From a virus (taxonomy: Duplodnaviria > Caudoviricetes), in the IMG/VR virus record IMGVR_UViG_3300030104_003825, positions 1 to 36,807 of that record: a DNA stretch of 36,807 nucleotides, one strand, 5' to 3'. A model generated the notes under the pieces. That model saw only the letters and a list, made by a program, of their open reading frames with translations, made no database searches and was not told the DNA's origin. Positions 6,684 to 15,096 of this stretch are shown here, piece after piece (positions within the stretch are counted from its first letter, which is position 1; every line of letters starts with the position of its first letter). The translations under genes were made by a program, and so were the position numbers.

Positions 6684-6747
6684 TGACAGGAGACAACCTT
6701 TTGGAAGATCGATGATGGTAACTCATTGATGAAGGTGCCTCCTATCA
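6684..6747 (-). other. Long intergenic RNA stem-loop (RNase III-site-like)
   Basis: TGATAGGAGGCACCTT pairs with AAGGTTGTCTCCTGTCA (16 bp, two GU pairs, one bulge); inner stem ATCAATGA/TCATCGAT. Confidence 0.6.
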
Positions 6748-6930
6748 TTTCAATTCCGTTACTGGTCCGTTGTCCGTGGTCTCGTCTATTTTTATGACGC
6801 ATATAGGACAATTCATATAGTCATCACCATCTAATTGCAAGACATTTGATGGTAGCACCTTTTTTACATAATGATTGCCATCGCAACTCGGACAGCTTTT
6901 ATAAAATGTAGACTCATTTGCGTCTGCCAT
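6745..6930 (-). CDS. Small zinc-finger protein (DnaJ-CXXCXGXG-like)
   Basis: CPSCDGNHY...CPIC; GGAGG SD. Confidence 0.7.
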   Translation of the reverse strand: MADANESTFYKSCPSCDGNHYVKKVLPSNVLQLDGDDYMNCPICVIKIDETTDNGPVTELK

Positions 6931-7141
6931 TCTTACCTCCCGTTTTTTCCATATCTTTCATTATTTTAGCTTCGTAAGCTTCAGCTGTCATACCTCTATC
7001 TTTAGCTCTTCTTACTACTTCTTTATCGATCAAAAGCTCAATATATTCGGCTGGCTTTCGATATTCCTTTAAACACAGCGCCTGCAGCAATGTATGAGAT
7101 TTCTTTCTCACGGCTACAGATTTCCATTTATTTACGTCCAT
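6914..7141 (-). CDS. Putative ribbon-helix-helix DNA-binding protein
   Basis: MDVNKWKSVAV strand followed by two amphipathic helices; GGAG SD. The fold is inferred. Confidence 0.6.
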   Translation of the reverse strand: MDVNKWKSVAVRKKSHTLLQALCLKEYRKPAEYIELLIDKEVVRRAKDRGMTAEAYEAKIMKDMEKTGGKNGRRK

Positions 7142-7406
7142 AAGTTATTCCCTCCTTATCAGTTTCAAACTTAATTTTATCATTAAACTTCATGTCTAAT
7201 TTGACTGGCTGATTTCTCAATCGTCCAATACCCTTATCTGCATTACCATTTGTAATTTTTACCCACATCTTCTCATCACCTAATTTTTCATCTTTAAACC
7301 AAACATATGCATAGCCATGATAATTATGCATAGTATTTTTTATTAAATGATAAGTTTCTTTTCCGTGATGTTCGCAACTATATAAAATATTATCTTTCTC
7401 GCTCAT
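7128..7406 (-). CDS. DUF2314/YegJ-like protein
   Basis: YVWF....EKMWV.I......G.L.NQP pattern; AGGAGG SD. Confidence 0.55.
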   Translation of the reverse strand: MSEKDNILYSCEHHGKETYHLIKNTMHNYHGYAYVWFKDEKLGDEKMWVKITNGNADKGIGRLRNQPVKLDMKFNDKIKFETDKEGITYGRK

Positions 7407-7413
7407 GATCCTC

Positions 7414-7527
7414 CTACATGAAATACCATAAAGTGCATACTAGAACCAAAAGACTAAATCGTGGTAAGAATATGCCAATGCATAAACTTACCAACAATAT
7501 AGTTTTAATAATTCCAACAGCAATCAT
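7414..7527 (-). CDS. Small membrane protein (37 aa)
   Basis: Hand translation MIAVGIIKTILLVSLCIGIFLPRFSLLVLVCTLWYFM; ATGA-coupled to the upstream ORF. Confidence 0.65.
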   Translation of the reverse strand: MIAVGIIKTILLVSLCIGIFLPRFSLLVLVCTLWYFM

Positions 7528-7802
7528 GGTGTTAGTTTATTATTATTTCTTCGAAGTAAATCTGCTTTGATAGTTTGATTAGATATCTCTTTATCAAAGA
7601 ATGCAATACCTCGATCACCACCTTCGGGTTCAAAGATAGTGTTGATTAATCTTTTCACTGCATAGGCCCAACGATAATCTTCCGGTGTTAACATTCTACC
7701 TTCCGAATCATACGTTGGTACATCTTTAACTATGTTATGAACAGACTTAGAAAACGCAACCCAGTTGCAGTGATACTCCTTATCTCCGTCTTTCCTACTC
7801 AT
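7524..7802 (-). CDS. Hypothetical protein (92 aa)
   Basis: ORF translationally coupled (TAATG) to the upstream gene. Confidence 0.75.
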   Translation of the reverse strand: MSRKDGDKEYHCNWVAFSKSVHNIVKDVPTYDSEGRMLTPEDYRWAYAVKRLINTIFEPEGGDRGIAFFDKEISNQTIKADLLRRNNNKLTP

Positions 7803-8167
7803 TAGTTTTCTTTCTTTTCACCAAGAGCATTCCAACTAGCCATTTGATCTTTTACTTGCATAAGTAATTGTTCAAACTTAACAGCTGCCGCATTTGATTG
7901 ATGTCTGTTTTTTAATTCGCCATCTACCCAAAATTCAATCGTATCGTCTTCGTCATGCATTTTGATCGTAAATGTTTTTGCTGTCCAGGATTTTATTCCA
8001 CGAGTTGGATGTGGATCTGACCCTTCAGATTTACCAGACTTGATTGAAATGCCTGGAGAAAAAATTTCTGCAGACTCTTCCATACCTTTTACTTGTCCAG
8101 TTACATATAGCATCTCGACAAGCTTATTTATTTTGAACATTATTTCATCTTTGTTCATAGTTACCAT
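7802..8167 (-). CDS. Hypothetical protein (121 aa), first gene of the leftward early operon
   Basis: ORF directly downstream of a sigma70-like promoter; the start may be the second Met. Confidence 0.75.
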   Translation of the reverse strand: MVTMNKDEIMFKINKLVEMLYVTGQVKGMEESAEIFSPGISIKSGKSEGSDPHPTRGIKSWTAKTFTIKMHDEDDTIEFWVDGELKNRHQSNAAAVKFEQLLMQVKDQMASWNALGEKKEN

Positions 8168-8184
8168 CCTTTGTTTATCCCACG

Positions 8185-8212
8185 ATAATACAAAATGCCC
8201 ATCTCAAGTCAA
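8185..8212 (-). promoter_or_regulatory. Sigma70-type promoter
   Basis: TTGACT-N16-TATTAT. Confidence 0.7.
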
Positions 8213-8252
8213 GATATATTTACATTCATATAAAAAAAGGGTAAACAGTTTA

Positions 8253-8489
8253 ATGGAGTTCATACTTACAATGATTATGTGCAGTGGTGCTGCGAATTCT
8301 TGCTTGCCACCATTTACAATGCCTACAACATACCCTACAATTTATGAGTGTATGGTTGATGGCTATGCTACGTCTCAAGATAAATTAATTGAAATAGGGC
8401 CAGATGATGTCAATCAACACAGATTATATATAAAATTTGAGTGTAATGAGGTCATAATTCCGCCACAAAAACCAAAGGTTAAGACTTGA
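8253..8489 (+). CDS. Small Cys-containing, possibly exported protein (78 aa)
   Basis: MEFILTMIMCSGAANSCLPP...YECM..GY...IKFEC. The 5' extension to 7962 in the ORF track overlaps an opposite-strand gene and is probably spurious. Confidence 0.75.
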   Translation: MEFILTMIMCSGAANSCLPPFTMPTTYPTIYECMVDGYATSQDKLIEIGPDDVNQHRLYIKFECNEVIIPPQKPKVKT

Positions 8490-8515
8490 CAGGAGTCCAT
8501 AAAAGTGCATATAAT
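8486..8515 (+). promoter_or_regulatory. Consensus sigma70 promoter
   Basis: TTGACA-N18-TATAAT. Confidence 0.7.
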
Positions 8516-8521
8516 TTACCC

Positions 8522-8797
8522 ACGAAAGCTTATCGTGTACAAATCAGACATAAAGGTATGTACTATGATGAGGTAATTAGCGGACAAAACGATGAAGATG
8601 GTTTAAAAAATTTCTTCGTTAAAGGCTTAGAAGGTAAAATACAACCCAAAGGCCAAGATCCGATATATAGAACGGATCGTTTTTTCTGCACAATTGAAGA
8701 GGTAACAAATGAGCTTACAGCAATTAGTTCAAAAGAAACTCAAATTGGAGCATCAGTGGGCGGAACAAGCACTGAATCAAAACAGGGTAACACCTGA
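8522..8797 (+). CDS. Hypothetical protein, start uncertain (ACG 8522 or ATG 8558)
   Basis: Reads (T/M)KAYRVQIRHKGMYYD.... The TTG at 8486 used by the ORF track is the -35 box. Confidence 0.6.
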   Translation, partial: TKAYRVQIRHKGMYYDEVISGQNDEDGLKNFFVKGLEGKIQPKGQDPIYRTDRFFCTIEEVTNELTAISSKETQIGASVGGTSTESKQGNT

Positions 8798-8894
8798 CAT
8801 GAAATGGATGGACATTGATATTAAAAAATTAAAAGTCGCTATCAATGATCAATGTGTAACTGATGCTAAAAAAGAATTAAAAGTAGATCAATAA
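8709..8894 (+). CDS. Hypothetical helical protein (61 aa)
   Basis: GAGG SD; MSLQQLVQKKLKLEHQW... Confidence 0.7.
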   Translation: MSLQQLVQKKLKLEHQWAEQALNQNRVTPDMKWMDIDIKKLKVAINDQCVTDAKKELKVDQ

Positions 8895-9085
8895 TCTGAA
8901 TCTACAATAACACCCGGAACATTAACTTCGGTATAGACTACTCGTCCGTTTATTTTCTGTTCAACTATTTCAGCACATAAAGTACAGGTAAAAAGTTTTT
9001 TGTTTTTAGTCGGATTAAAATGTGTGTGTTCATGACACTTAGGGCACTGCCCAATGTTTAGTGTTTCATCAATCTTGACTGTCAT
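8888..9085 (-). CDS. Zinc-ribbon protein
   Basis: GQCPKC...FTCTLC; overlaps the end of the polymerase gene. Confidence 0.7.
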   Translation of the reverse strand: MTVKIDETLNIGQCPKCHEHTHFNPTKNKKLFTCTLCAEIVEQKINGRVVYTEVNVPGVIVDSDY

Positions 9086-10952
9086 TTGTTTGGCCCCAGT
9101 TCATACCCGTAGATATATCTACTTTTGAAGGTACTTTCAACTCAGGTATACAAACTTCCATAATCTTTTTTATTTCATTACATGCAGGTTCTAATCTTTC
9201 ATGAGGAATACTAAAACATAATTCGTCATGTATTTGTATTATTGGTATAAAATTTTTTTTAGCACAGTCTATCATTGCTTGTTTAACTTGATCTGCAGCA
9301 GAGCCTTGAATTAATCTATTTAATGCTTTGTATGTCATTGCACGTTTTATATTATTCTTTCCATATTTATTAACAGCATCTTCAAAAGATGTAGCTTTGT
9401 GTAAACCAAATGAACTAGGTTCCCACATATTAAATCTACACTTACGACCTTTGAGAGTCCATATTGCACCATTCTTATCAGCTGACTCAGCAGCTCTATT
9501 TGCTAATTGTTTTACAAAAGGTACCTTTTGATTGTATTCCCTTAGTATTTGATCAGCTTGTTGTTTATCAATACCTAATTCCCGTGAAAGTTTATTTTTA
9601 CCCATGCCGTAAAAAATTCCTAAATTTATTGTTTTAGCCTGAGATCTTGGAATTTGAGCCATATCAGCTACGGTCTGGTGGAAGTCCGTATTTTCTTCTT
9701 GATAGGCCTGTATGAGGTCCTCTGTGCCATTAAACCCTATACTTGCAGCATAGTGAACTACCAGTCTTGGTTCTTGTTGAGAGTAATCAAATGATCCCCA
9801 TCTACAATTTTTATCAGGTAAAAACAGTGATCGGATCCTGGGTCCTAGGTCCTTATTCCTAGCTGGAATCTGCTGTAAATTCGGGTGAGCATAGGAGAGC
9901 CTACCGGAGACGGTTCCCCCTGCATCACCCTTTAACTGATTTATTTCCGCATGTATCCTCCCATTATGTTCAAATTTAAAGATTGAATCGATGAAAGTAG
10001 AGTGAAATTTATTAACTTCTCTCGCTTCACGAATCAAACCAGCTATGGGTTCCTCACAATTAGTCAACCAATTCTGAGTAAAAGATGGTTCTTTAGCCTT
10101 CTCGGTGAGAGGGTAAGATATCTTCAGCTTATCAAATGCTTTTGCAATAGATCTAGCTGCCCATATATCTATATCCATACCCGCAGCTTTCTTAATTTTC
10201 AACAGCGCAGCCTTTTCTCTTTTTAAAAATTCTTTTTTAAGTTTCTCTGCACCTTCTAAATCTACACGTACACCGTGAGCTCTCATCTGTACTAACAGTG
10301 GTAATAATTCCATCTCCATTTCCCATACATCAGTCAAATCTTGTTTTGTAATTTCTGTTTTAAAACGTTGCCATAGTTTATAAGTTAAAACTGCATCTTG
10401 TTCAGCGTAAGGACCTACAAACTTTGCAGGTAACTTATACATCTCTCCTTTAGCATCTATACCCCAATCCTCTGCTGCCTCTTTTAAACCAGCTTCAGAT
10501 TTAAGTTCAGATAAATAATCTACGGACAATGCATTTAAACTATAACCTCTTCTATTTTCATCAATCAGGGCAGCAGCTATCATTGTATCTGCAATCTTTC
10601 CATATACTACGACACCATGTGCTCTTAACCATCCGATATCATAAGCAGCGTTATGAAATAACTTTGTAGCCTTAGACCTACAAATGTCTTGGATCCAGTT
10701 TAGAACCATTCTAATATCCATATTACCACCGGCTTCATGAGCTACTGGGTAATAACCTTTAAAGTTGTTAGTAGCTACGGATACACCAATTACATTACCG
10801 TTCATAGTTGGCCATCCTGGTCCTTTTATTTTTATTTCTGGATCTTTAGTTTCTAAATCAATTGCTACCTCAGGTTCGTTCCTTAAATCTGGAAACCTTG
10901 TAGGGGGTGTCCAATCAGAATCTTGAAATGTAAAATTAATTTGATTTGTCAT
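9069..10952 (-). CDS. polA: Family A DNA polymerase with 3'-5' exonuclease
   Basis: Exo motifs IDLET, FHNAAYD and YAEQDA; polymerase motif A FDYSQQEPR, motif B RSQAKTINLGIFYG, motif C QIHDEL. Confidence 0.97.
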   Translation of the reverse strand: MTNQINFTFQDSDWTPPTRFPDLRNEPEVAIDLETKDPEIKIKGPGWPTMNGNVIGVSVATNNFKGYYPVAHEAGGNMDIRMVLNWIQDICRSKATKLFHNAAYDIGWLRAHGVVVYGKIADTMIAAALIDENRRGYSLNALSVDYLSELKSEAGLKEAAEDWGIDAKGEMYKLPAKFVGPYAEQDAVLTYKLWQRFKTEITKQDLTDVWEMEMELLPLLVQMRAHGVRVDLEGAEKLKKEFLKREKAALLKIKKAAGMDIDIWAARSIAKAFDKLKISYPLTEKAKEPSFTQNWLTNCEEPIAGLIREAREVNKFHSTFIDSIFKFEHNGRIHAEINQLKGDAGGTVSGRLSYAHPNLQQIPARNKDLGPRIRSLFLPDKNCRWGSFDYSQQEPRLVVHYAASIGFNGTEDLIQAYQEENTDFHQTVADMAQIPRSQAKTINLGIFYGMGKNKLSRELGIDKQQADQILREYNQKVPFVKQLANRAAESADKNGAIWTLKGRKCRFNMWEPSSFGLHKATSFEDAVNKYGKNNIKRAMTYKALNRLIQGSAADQVKQAMIDCAKKNFIPIIQIHDELCFSIPHERLEPACNEIKKIMEVCIPELKVPSKVDISTGMNWGQTNDSQD

Positions 10953-11181
10953 CTAATTCTATTCCAAGTTTTGCATAATGAATTATTTTATTATATCTTT
11001 GTTTGGCAGTCTCGCCTGGTTTTTTTCTTGTTGCATATTTGATTATGTTTGAGTCAATTGTATTAAGTTTATTTTTCATACAATAAACAACAGGCTGAAT
11101 CGCATGCTGAACGTAGTGTTTTCCACCTTCTTGGTATTCTAAAGCTTTCTTTTTAGACCCCACACATACCTTCGCATTCAT
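10936..11181 (-). CDS. DUF3310-like protein (T7 gp1.7-related nucleotide kinase-like)
   Basis: Q.GG.HY....IQP........N....NIIKY..R signature. Confidence 0.7.
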   Translation of the reverse strand: MNAKVCVGSKKKALEYQEGGKHYVQHAIQPVVYCMKNKLNTIDSNIIKYATRKKPGETAKQRYNKIIHYAKLGIELDDKSN

Positions 11182-12025
11182 TATTAAATAAATCTAATTG
11201 ATCTTCAGGTTTCTTTTTCTTCTTAAGTAATGTTTCAAAATCTACTGATCTAAGTGGTATTCCTTTTCGGTGTAGGTATCTTTCAATTTTTGGATCTTTA
11301 CCTGTATGTCTAATCATATCGTCTAGTTTACAGGCCTCTTCGAACTCTTCAGGCGTTTCGACTTTGATTTCATTCCAAAGAGTATTATCATGATATGGAC
11401 AACCTACACAAGAACTTTTTGCAGGTCGTCTTAAATTTTTACCTTCATACCAATCTAAACAATGTTGTCTTGACATCTTATGATCTATTAATGGCCAACT
11501 ATTTTTAATCCATTTCTCTCTTGAAGGTTTCATACGCATGGCTTCATCTGTAGAAATACCAACCATTACTTCAACCCACAAAGATCTTGGAAATCTTTGT
11601 CTATCTTTTAATCCAATAAGTTTTCTTATTTGTCTATTAATAGGAGTTATTTTGTAATTCCTGGTGCATTGACGAGGACCAATACCAATTTTTCCAGTTT
11701 CAGTATTTTTAGCAAAGAAAGGAAGCATAATATATCCATTACCTTTTGCAGCATCTTCTAAATCTTGTTTTATACTACCTGATTTTAAATGATTTTTAGT
11801 TACTATGACTGGGTAACTTAATTGTGATTCTAACCATTTTAAATGATCATAAACTTTTTTTGGTTCCCACCCAGTGTCAGCAAAAATTGCATAATCTGGC
11901 TTGCGGCCAAAGGCTCCCTCATCAGCCATGAGTGCCATTGTGGAAGATTGCACTCCGGCTCCCAATGATAGAATCCTAAGTTTAGGTTCTCCCGAATAAT
12001 CCCAATCGCCTTTAGCCACCACCAT
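11153..12025 (-). CDS. PAPS-reductase-like adenine nucleotide alpha-hydrolase (PP-loop) protein
   Basis: ILSLGAGVQS, AIFADTGWE, CT..YKI.PI, GISTDE..R, WPLID, KSSCVGCPY, terminal CEGMCGV. Confidence 0.85.
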   Translation of the reverse strand: MVVAKGDWDYSGEPKLRILSLGAGVQSSTMALMADEGAFGRKPDYAIFADTGWEPKKVYDHLKWLESQLSYPVIVTKNHLKSGSIKQDLEDAAKGNGYIMLPFFAKNTETGKIGIGPRQCTRNYKITPINRQIRKLIGLKDRQRFPRSLWVEVMVGISTDEAMRMKPSREKWIKNSWPLIDHKMSRQHCLDWYEGKNLRRPAKSSCVGCPYHDNTLWNEIKVETPEEFEEACKLDDMIRHTGKDPKIERYLHRKGIPLRSVDFETLLKKKKKPEDQLDLFNNECEGMCGV

Positions 12026-13583
12026 AATTATCCTTTATAAACTGATTATACAGTCTTGCCAATGGAAAGAAATACTCATGATATGTTCTAAGTATATGTA
12101 AAGTTTCTCTTGCCCTGGTAATTCCTACGTACCATACCCTAGCTTCAGAGCTTCTTGCAACCCCTATCTTATGCCCAAAGTGTGCGGGCCAATTAGCTTT
12201 TTCATAAACACAAACATGATCTGCCTCTCCTCCTTTTACAGAGTGTATCGTATCTATTGTAACTCTGGATGATAAATCTAAATTTATCTTATTCTCTAAA
12301 ATTTTTTCAAAATAAAATTTATCTTTTTCTGGAAAGTTTCTGTTAAATACTTGCTGCCAAGGTCCTGGATCAGCTGTTAAACCTGCAAAGGTTCTAAGGA
12401 AGTCTATGTTCATTTGGTTACTACTATGAATATTCATCCATCTTTTGCTTTCAATGGATCTCCAACCAAATGCGATCTCATTAACATATGTGTATAGTAT
12501 ACCAGCTTCATCTTTGGATACAACACCTTTATTCATTAACTTATTCCAGCTTTTTATAGCGTTCCACTTGTTTATATCAAAAGAAGTCTTACCTTTTGTG
12601 TTTTGAAAAAATACTCCCGCATTACGTGCAAGGTCTTCTAGCTCTCTAACTATTTCCTGAGTTCTTCCAAGTATGAGCCAGTCTCCATCTGATTGACTTA
12701 TCATGTCTACAATATCTAAAAATGATGAATGTGTTTTTATATGGCCTTCTTTGCTAGAAGGTAAAAATTCTTTTATGACTCTTGGCTTAATCATATCAGA
12801 AATATAACCACTAAAATCATGCACAACTTTTGGTATTCTATGTGATTGTTTTAAAATATAATTACGACCTGGAAACTCAATGTAATCTTTTACGTTAGCA
12901 CCATTCCATTCAAATATTGCTTGATCGTCATCTCCTGCAATATAAATTCTTTCAGCTCTATCAGCTAATTTGTGTACCATTTTCCATTGTAAGGGTGTTA
13001 AATCTTGGGCTTCATCTATAATTAAAACTTTAAGATAGGGAGCTTCTTCATTGTCAATAAAATGTGTAATCATATCTGTAAAATCAACTCTGTGGTCTTG
13101 TTTAAATAATTCATACTGTTGGTAAATTAATTGAAATTTAGGAAGAGTTGCTCTTTTAAACTGCTCGTCAACAAATTGTTGTTCAGGTTTAATTAATTTG
13201 TTTCTTGATTTATCATATACACGAAGAGACCAGTCGTTAAATACTTTTACACCATTGTAACTTTCATAGGCAGGTTTAGCCATTCCTAAATTTTGTGCAA
13301 ACTCAACCATGTCTACTTCAGGATCTAGCACAGGAACTTGTTTTCTAAACTTACGACAAAAGCTATGAATAGTTCTAAAATTAGATAAATCTTCATCATC
13401 ACAACCAGGAAACTTTTTGTTTGCTCTAAATCTAGCTTCGTTAACAGCTTTGTTTGTAAATGAAAGATAAGCTATTTCTCTTGGTTGAATGCCTTTGTTA
13501 AACCACTTATCTAATCTATTCAAAAGGGTATATGTTTTACCTGTTCCTGGAGGACCAAATATTTTAATCGTTCTTTTTTTCAA
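12012..13583 (-). CDS. UvrD/Rep-like superfamily 1 helicase
   Basis: GPPGTGKT, LSFT, TIHSFC, IIDEAQD, AGDDDQAIF, QSHR, TIHSVKGGE, YVGITRARE. Confidence 0.95.
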   Translation of the reverse strand: MKKRTIKIFGPPGTGKTYTLLNRLDKWFNKGIQPREIAYLSFTNKAVNEARFRANKKFPGCDDEDLSNFRTIHSFCRKFRKQVPVLDPEVDMVEFAQNLGMAKPAYESYNGVKVFNDWSLRVYDKSRNKLIKPEQQFVDEQFKRATLPKFQLIYQQYELFKQDHRVDFTDMITHFIDNEEAPYLKVLIIDEAQDLTPLQWKMVHKLADRAERIYIAGDDDQAIFEWNGANVKDYIEFPGRNYILKQSHRIPKVVHDFSGYISDMIKPRVIKEFLPSSKEGHIKTHSSFLDIVDMISQSDGDWLILGRTQEIVRELEDLARNAGVFFQNTKGKTSFDINKWNAIKSWNKLMNKGVVSKDEAGILYTYVNEIAFGWRSIESKRWMNIHSSNQMNIDFLRTFAGLTADPGPWQQVFNRNFPEKDKFYFEKILENKINLDLSSRVTIDTIHSVKGGEADHVCVYEKANWPAHFGHKIGVARSSEARVWYVGITRARETLHILRTYHEYFFPLARLYNQFIKDNYGGG

Positions 13584-15096
13584 AAGGTGCTTTCTTTCTT
13601 TGGAATATTAAATTTGATCTTTCTATGACTGGCTCATCCATTTTTTTACATAACCAAACATATTTTAATTTAAGCTTATCGAAGTAATCATGCTTAGTAC
13701 ATCCATTTTTTTTAAGCATACTTATAATTTCAAATTTTTTAGCAGCCTTGTCAGATTTTTTAATAAATCTCTCAAAGGTTCTATATTTAAAAACAATTAC
13801 ATTTTGATGTAGATACCACATCTCAGCTTCTACTTGAGATGCATTGTCGGCTTGTTGAGTTTCTTGTGTAAACTGTATCATAGTATCTTTAAATTCTTCT
13901 TCTGCCTCATTACTTTCATCATATCCCTCGATAGGTTGTTGCATGGACTTGAGTTTATTTAAAAAAACTCTATAATCTTTGTCTTTAACTTTTTGCCAAA
14001 CAATGTCTGCTTGATCAAATAATTGTTCAGATAGTAGCTGTTGCTGATTAAGTTGTTTTCCTGTAAGCTCTACCGTCTTTTTATCTATTGTTAAAAAATA
14101 AATTGGTGGCTTTGTTTTTAATACTTGGAAAGAATCTATAGTAGGTAAATAATCAACACTATCAATTCCATATTTTAATTCTTTACATACAGCAGAATTA
14201 CAATGATTTTTCAAAGGAGCATCTGTACATTTGTACTGATAGTCTTTTTTTTCATATTGAGATATTAAAGCTTGTACTTCTCTAGCCGGTAAAGGTTGTG
14301 TAAATCCTTCGTTTCTTTCCCACACTTCTTTTTGCCACCCTTCCGGATTTCTTTTCTTTGCAAGTGTAGCAAAACCTGTAAGTGCATTGTTCCTGAAACC
14401 ATCGCTACAGCCGTTTCTAATTAATGCTTGTAAACAAGGAGGGAATTGATCAAATTCATCCTCTAAAGGAAAACCATCTGATGCTATTTTAATTTCGTCA
14501 AAAGTTTTTTTAGTAATTCTAAATTTTTGTACCCAAAGATAAAATTCATGGATGGGTATACCCATACCATTATCATAAATAGCATGACGAGTCGTTCTAG
14601 CTGCTTGCTGATATGGAATATTCAACCAGTTACCAAGGTCATTTTTATGAACCATTATCTTTCGTTGTTTTGGAAATATTTCACAACCTGATAAACCAAG
14701 ATCCGCTGCTATCTCATGAAGTTTATCTATCATGTCAGATGCCGACACGGGTTCAATTGTGTGTAAAAATAAATGCATACCACCTGACTTTGATCTATAT
14801 GGCACAAGCGGATATTGTTTTTTTCTAAATTGTTTTATTAAAGATTTGTAATCAAGATCATATTTATCAACATCTATACAACCCCATGTACATGAATTGT
14901 CTGATCTTATAGGAATAATTCCTAAATTAATTTCTCCGTTTAAATGTTTTTGAAATAGTTCATCAGTGACAGGGCCACGTTTAGTTGTGGCCCTACCTTT
15001 TTCTTTACCAGTCTTGTTGTCTCGCTCACCATTGAGATAATACTCACCGTAAGCAACATCAAGACCGCTGAACAGCTCCTTGAATCTGTCTAACAT
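13564..15096 (-). CDS. Archaeo-eukaryotic-type primase with Cys-rich accessory domain
   Basis: WGCIDVD (DxD), RSKSGGMH (SxH-type motif II), EIFPKQ, GNWLNIPY, then PPCLQ...G.RNNAL...YKC...HC...C. Confidence 0.85.
   Translation of the reverse strand: MLDRFKELFSGLDVAYGEYYLNGERDNKTGKEKGRATTKRGPVTDELFQKHLNGEINLGIIPIRSDNSCTWGCIDVDKYDLDYKSLIKQFRKKQYPLVPYRSKSGGMHLFLHTIEPVSASDMIDKLHEIAADLGLSGCEIFPKQRKIMVHKNDLGNWLNIPYQQAARTTRHAIYDNGMGIPIHEFYLWVQKFRITKKTFDEIKIASDGFPLEDEFDQFPPCLQALIRNGCSDGFRNNALTGFATLAKKRNPEGWQKEVWERNEGFTQPLPAREVQALISQYEKKDYQYKCTDAPLKNHCNSAVCKELKYGIDSVDYLPTIDSFQVLKTKPPIYFLTIDKKTVELTGKQLNQQQLLSEQLFDQADIVWQKVKDKDYRVFLNKLKSMQQPIEGYDESNEAEEEFKDTMIQFTQETQQADNASQVEAEMWYLHQNVIVFKYRTFERFIKKSDKAAKKFEIISMLKKNGCTKHDYFDKLKLKYVWLCKKMDEPVIERSNLIFQRKKAPFEKKND

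Noticed and set aside
6500-6811. 103-aa minus-strand ORF
   Set aside because: It overlaps two better-supported genes, and its unique part is explained by an RNA hairpin.
9069-10952. HMO-2011-type polymerase with DnaJ insertion, or an intein/intron
   Set aside because: No CxxCxGxG repeats or extra domain; the 627-aa frame is uninterrupted.
11153-12025. cysH auxiliary metabolic gene for sulfate assimilation
   Set aside because: The PP-loop is divergent (SLGAGVQS), the C-terminal ECGLH motif is absent, and the gene sits in the replication operon.
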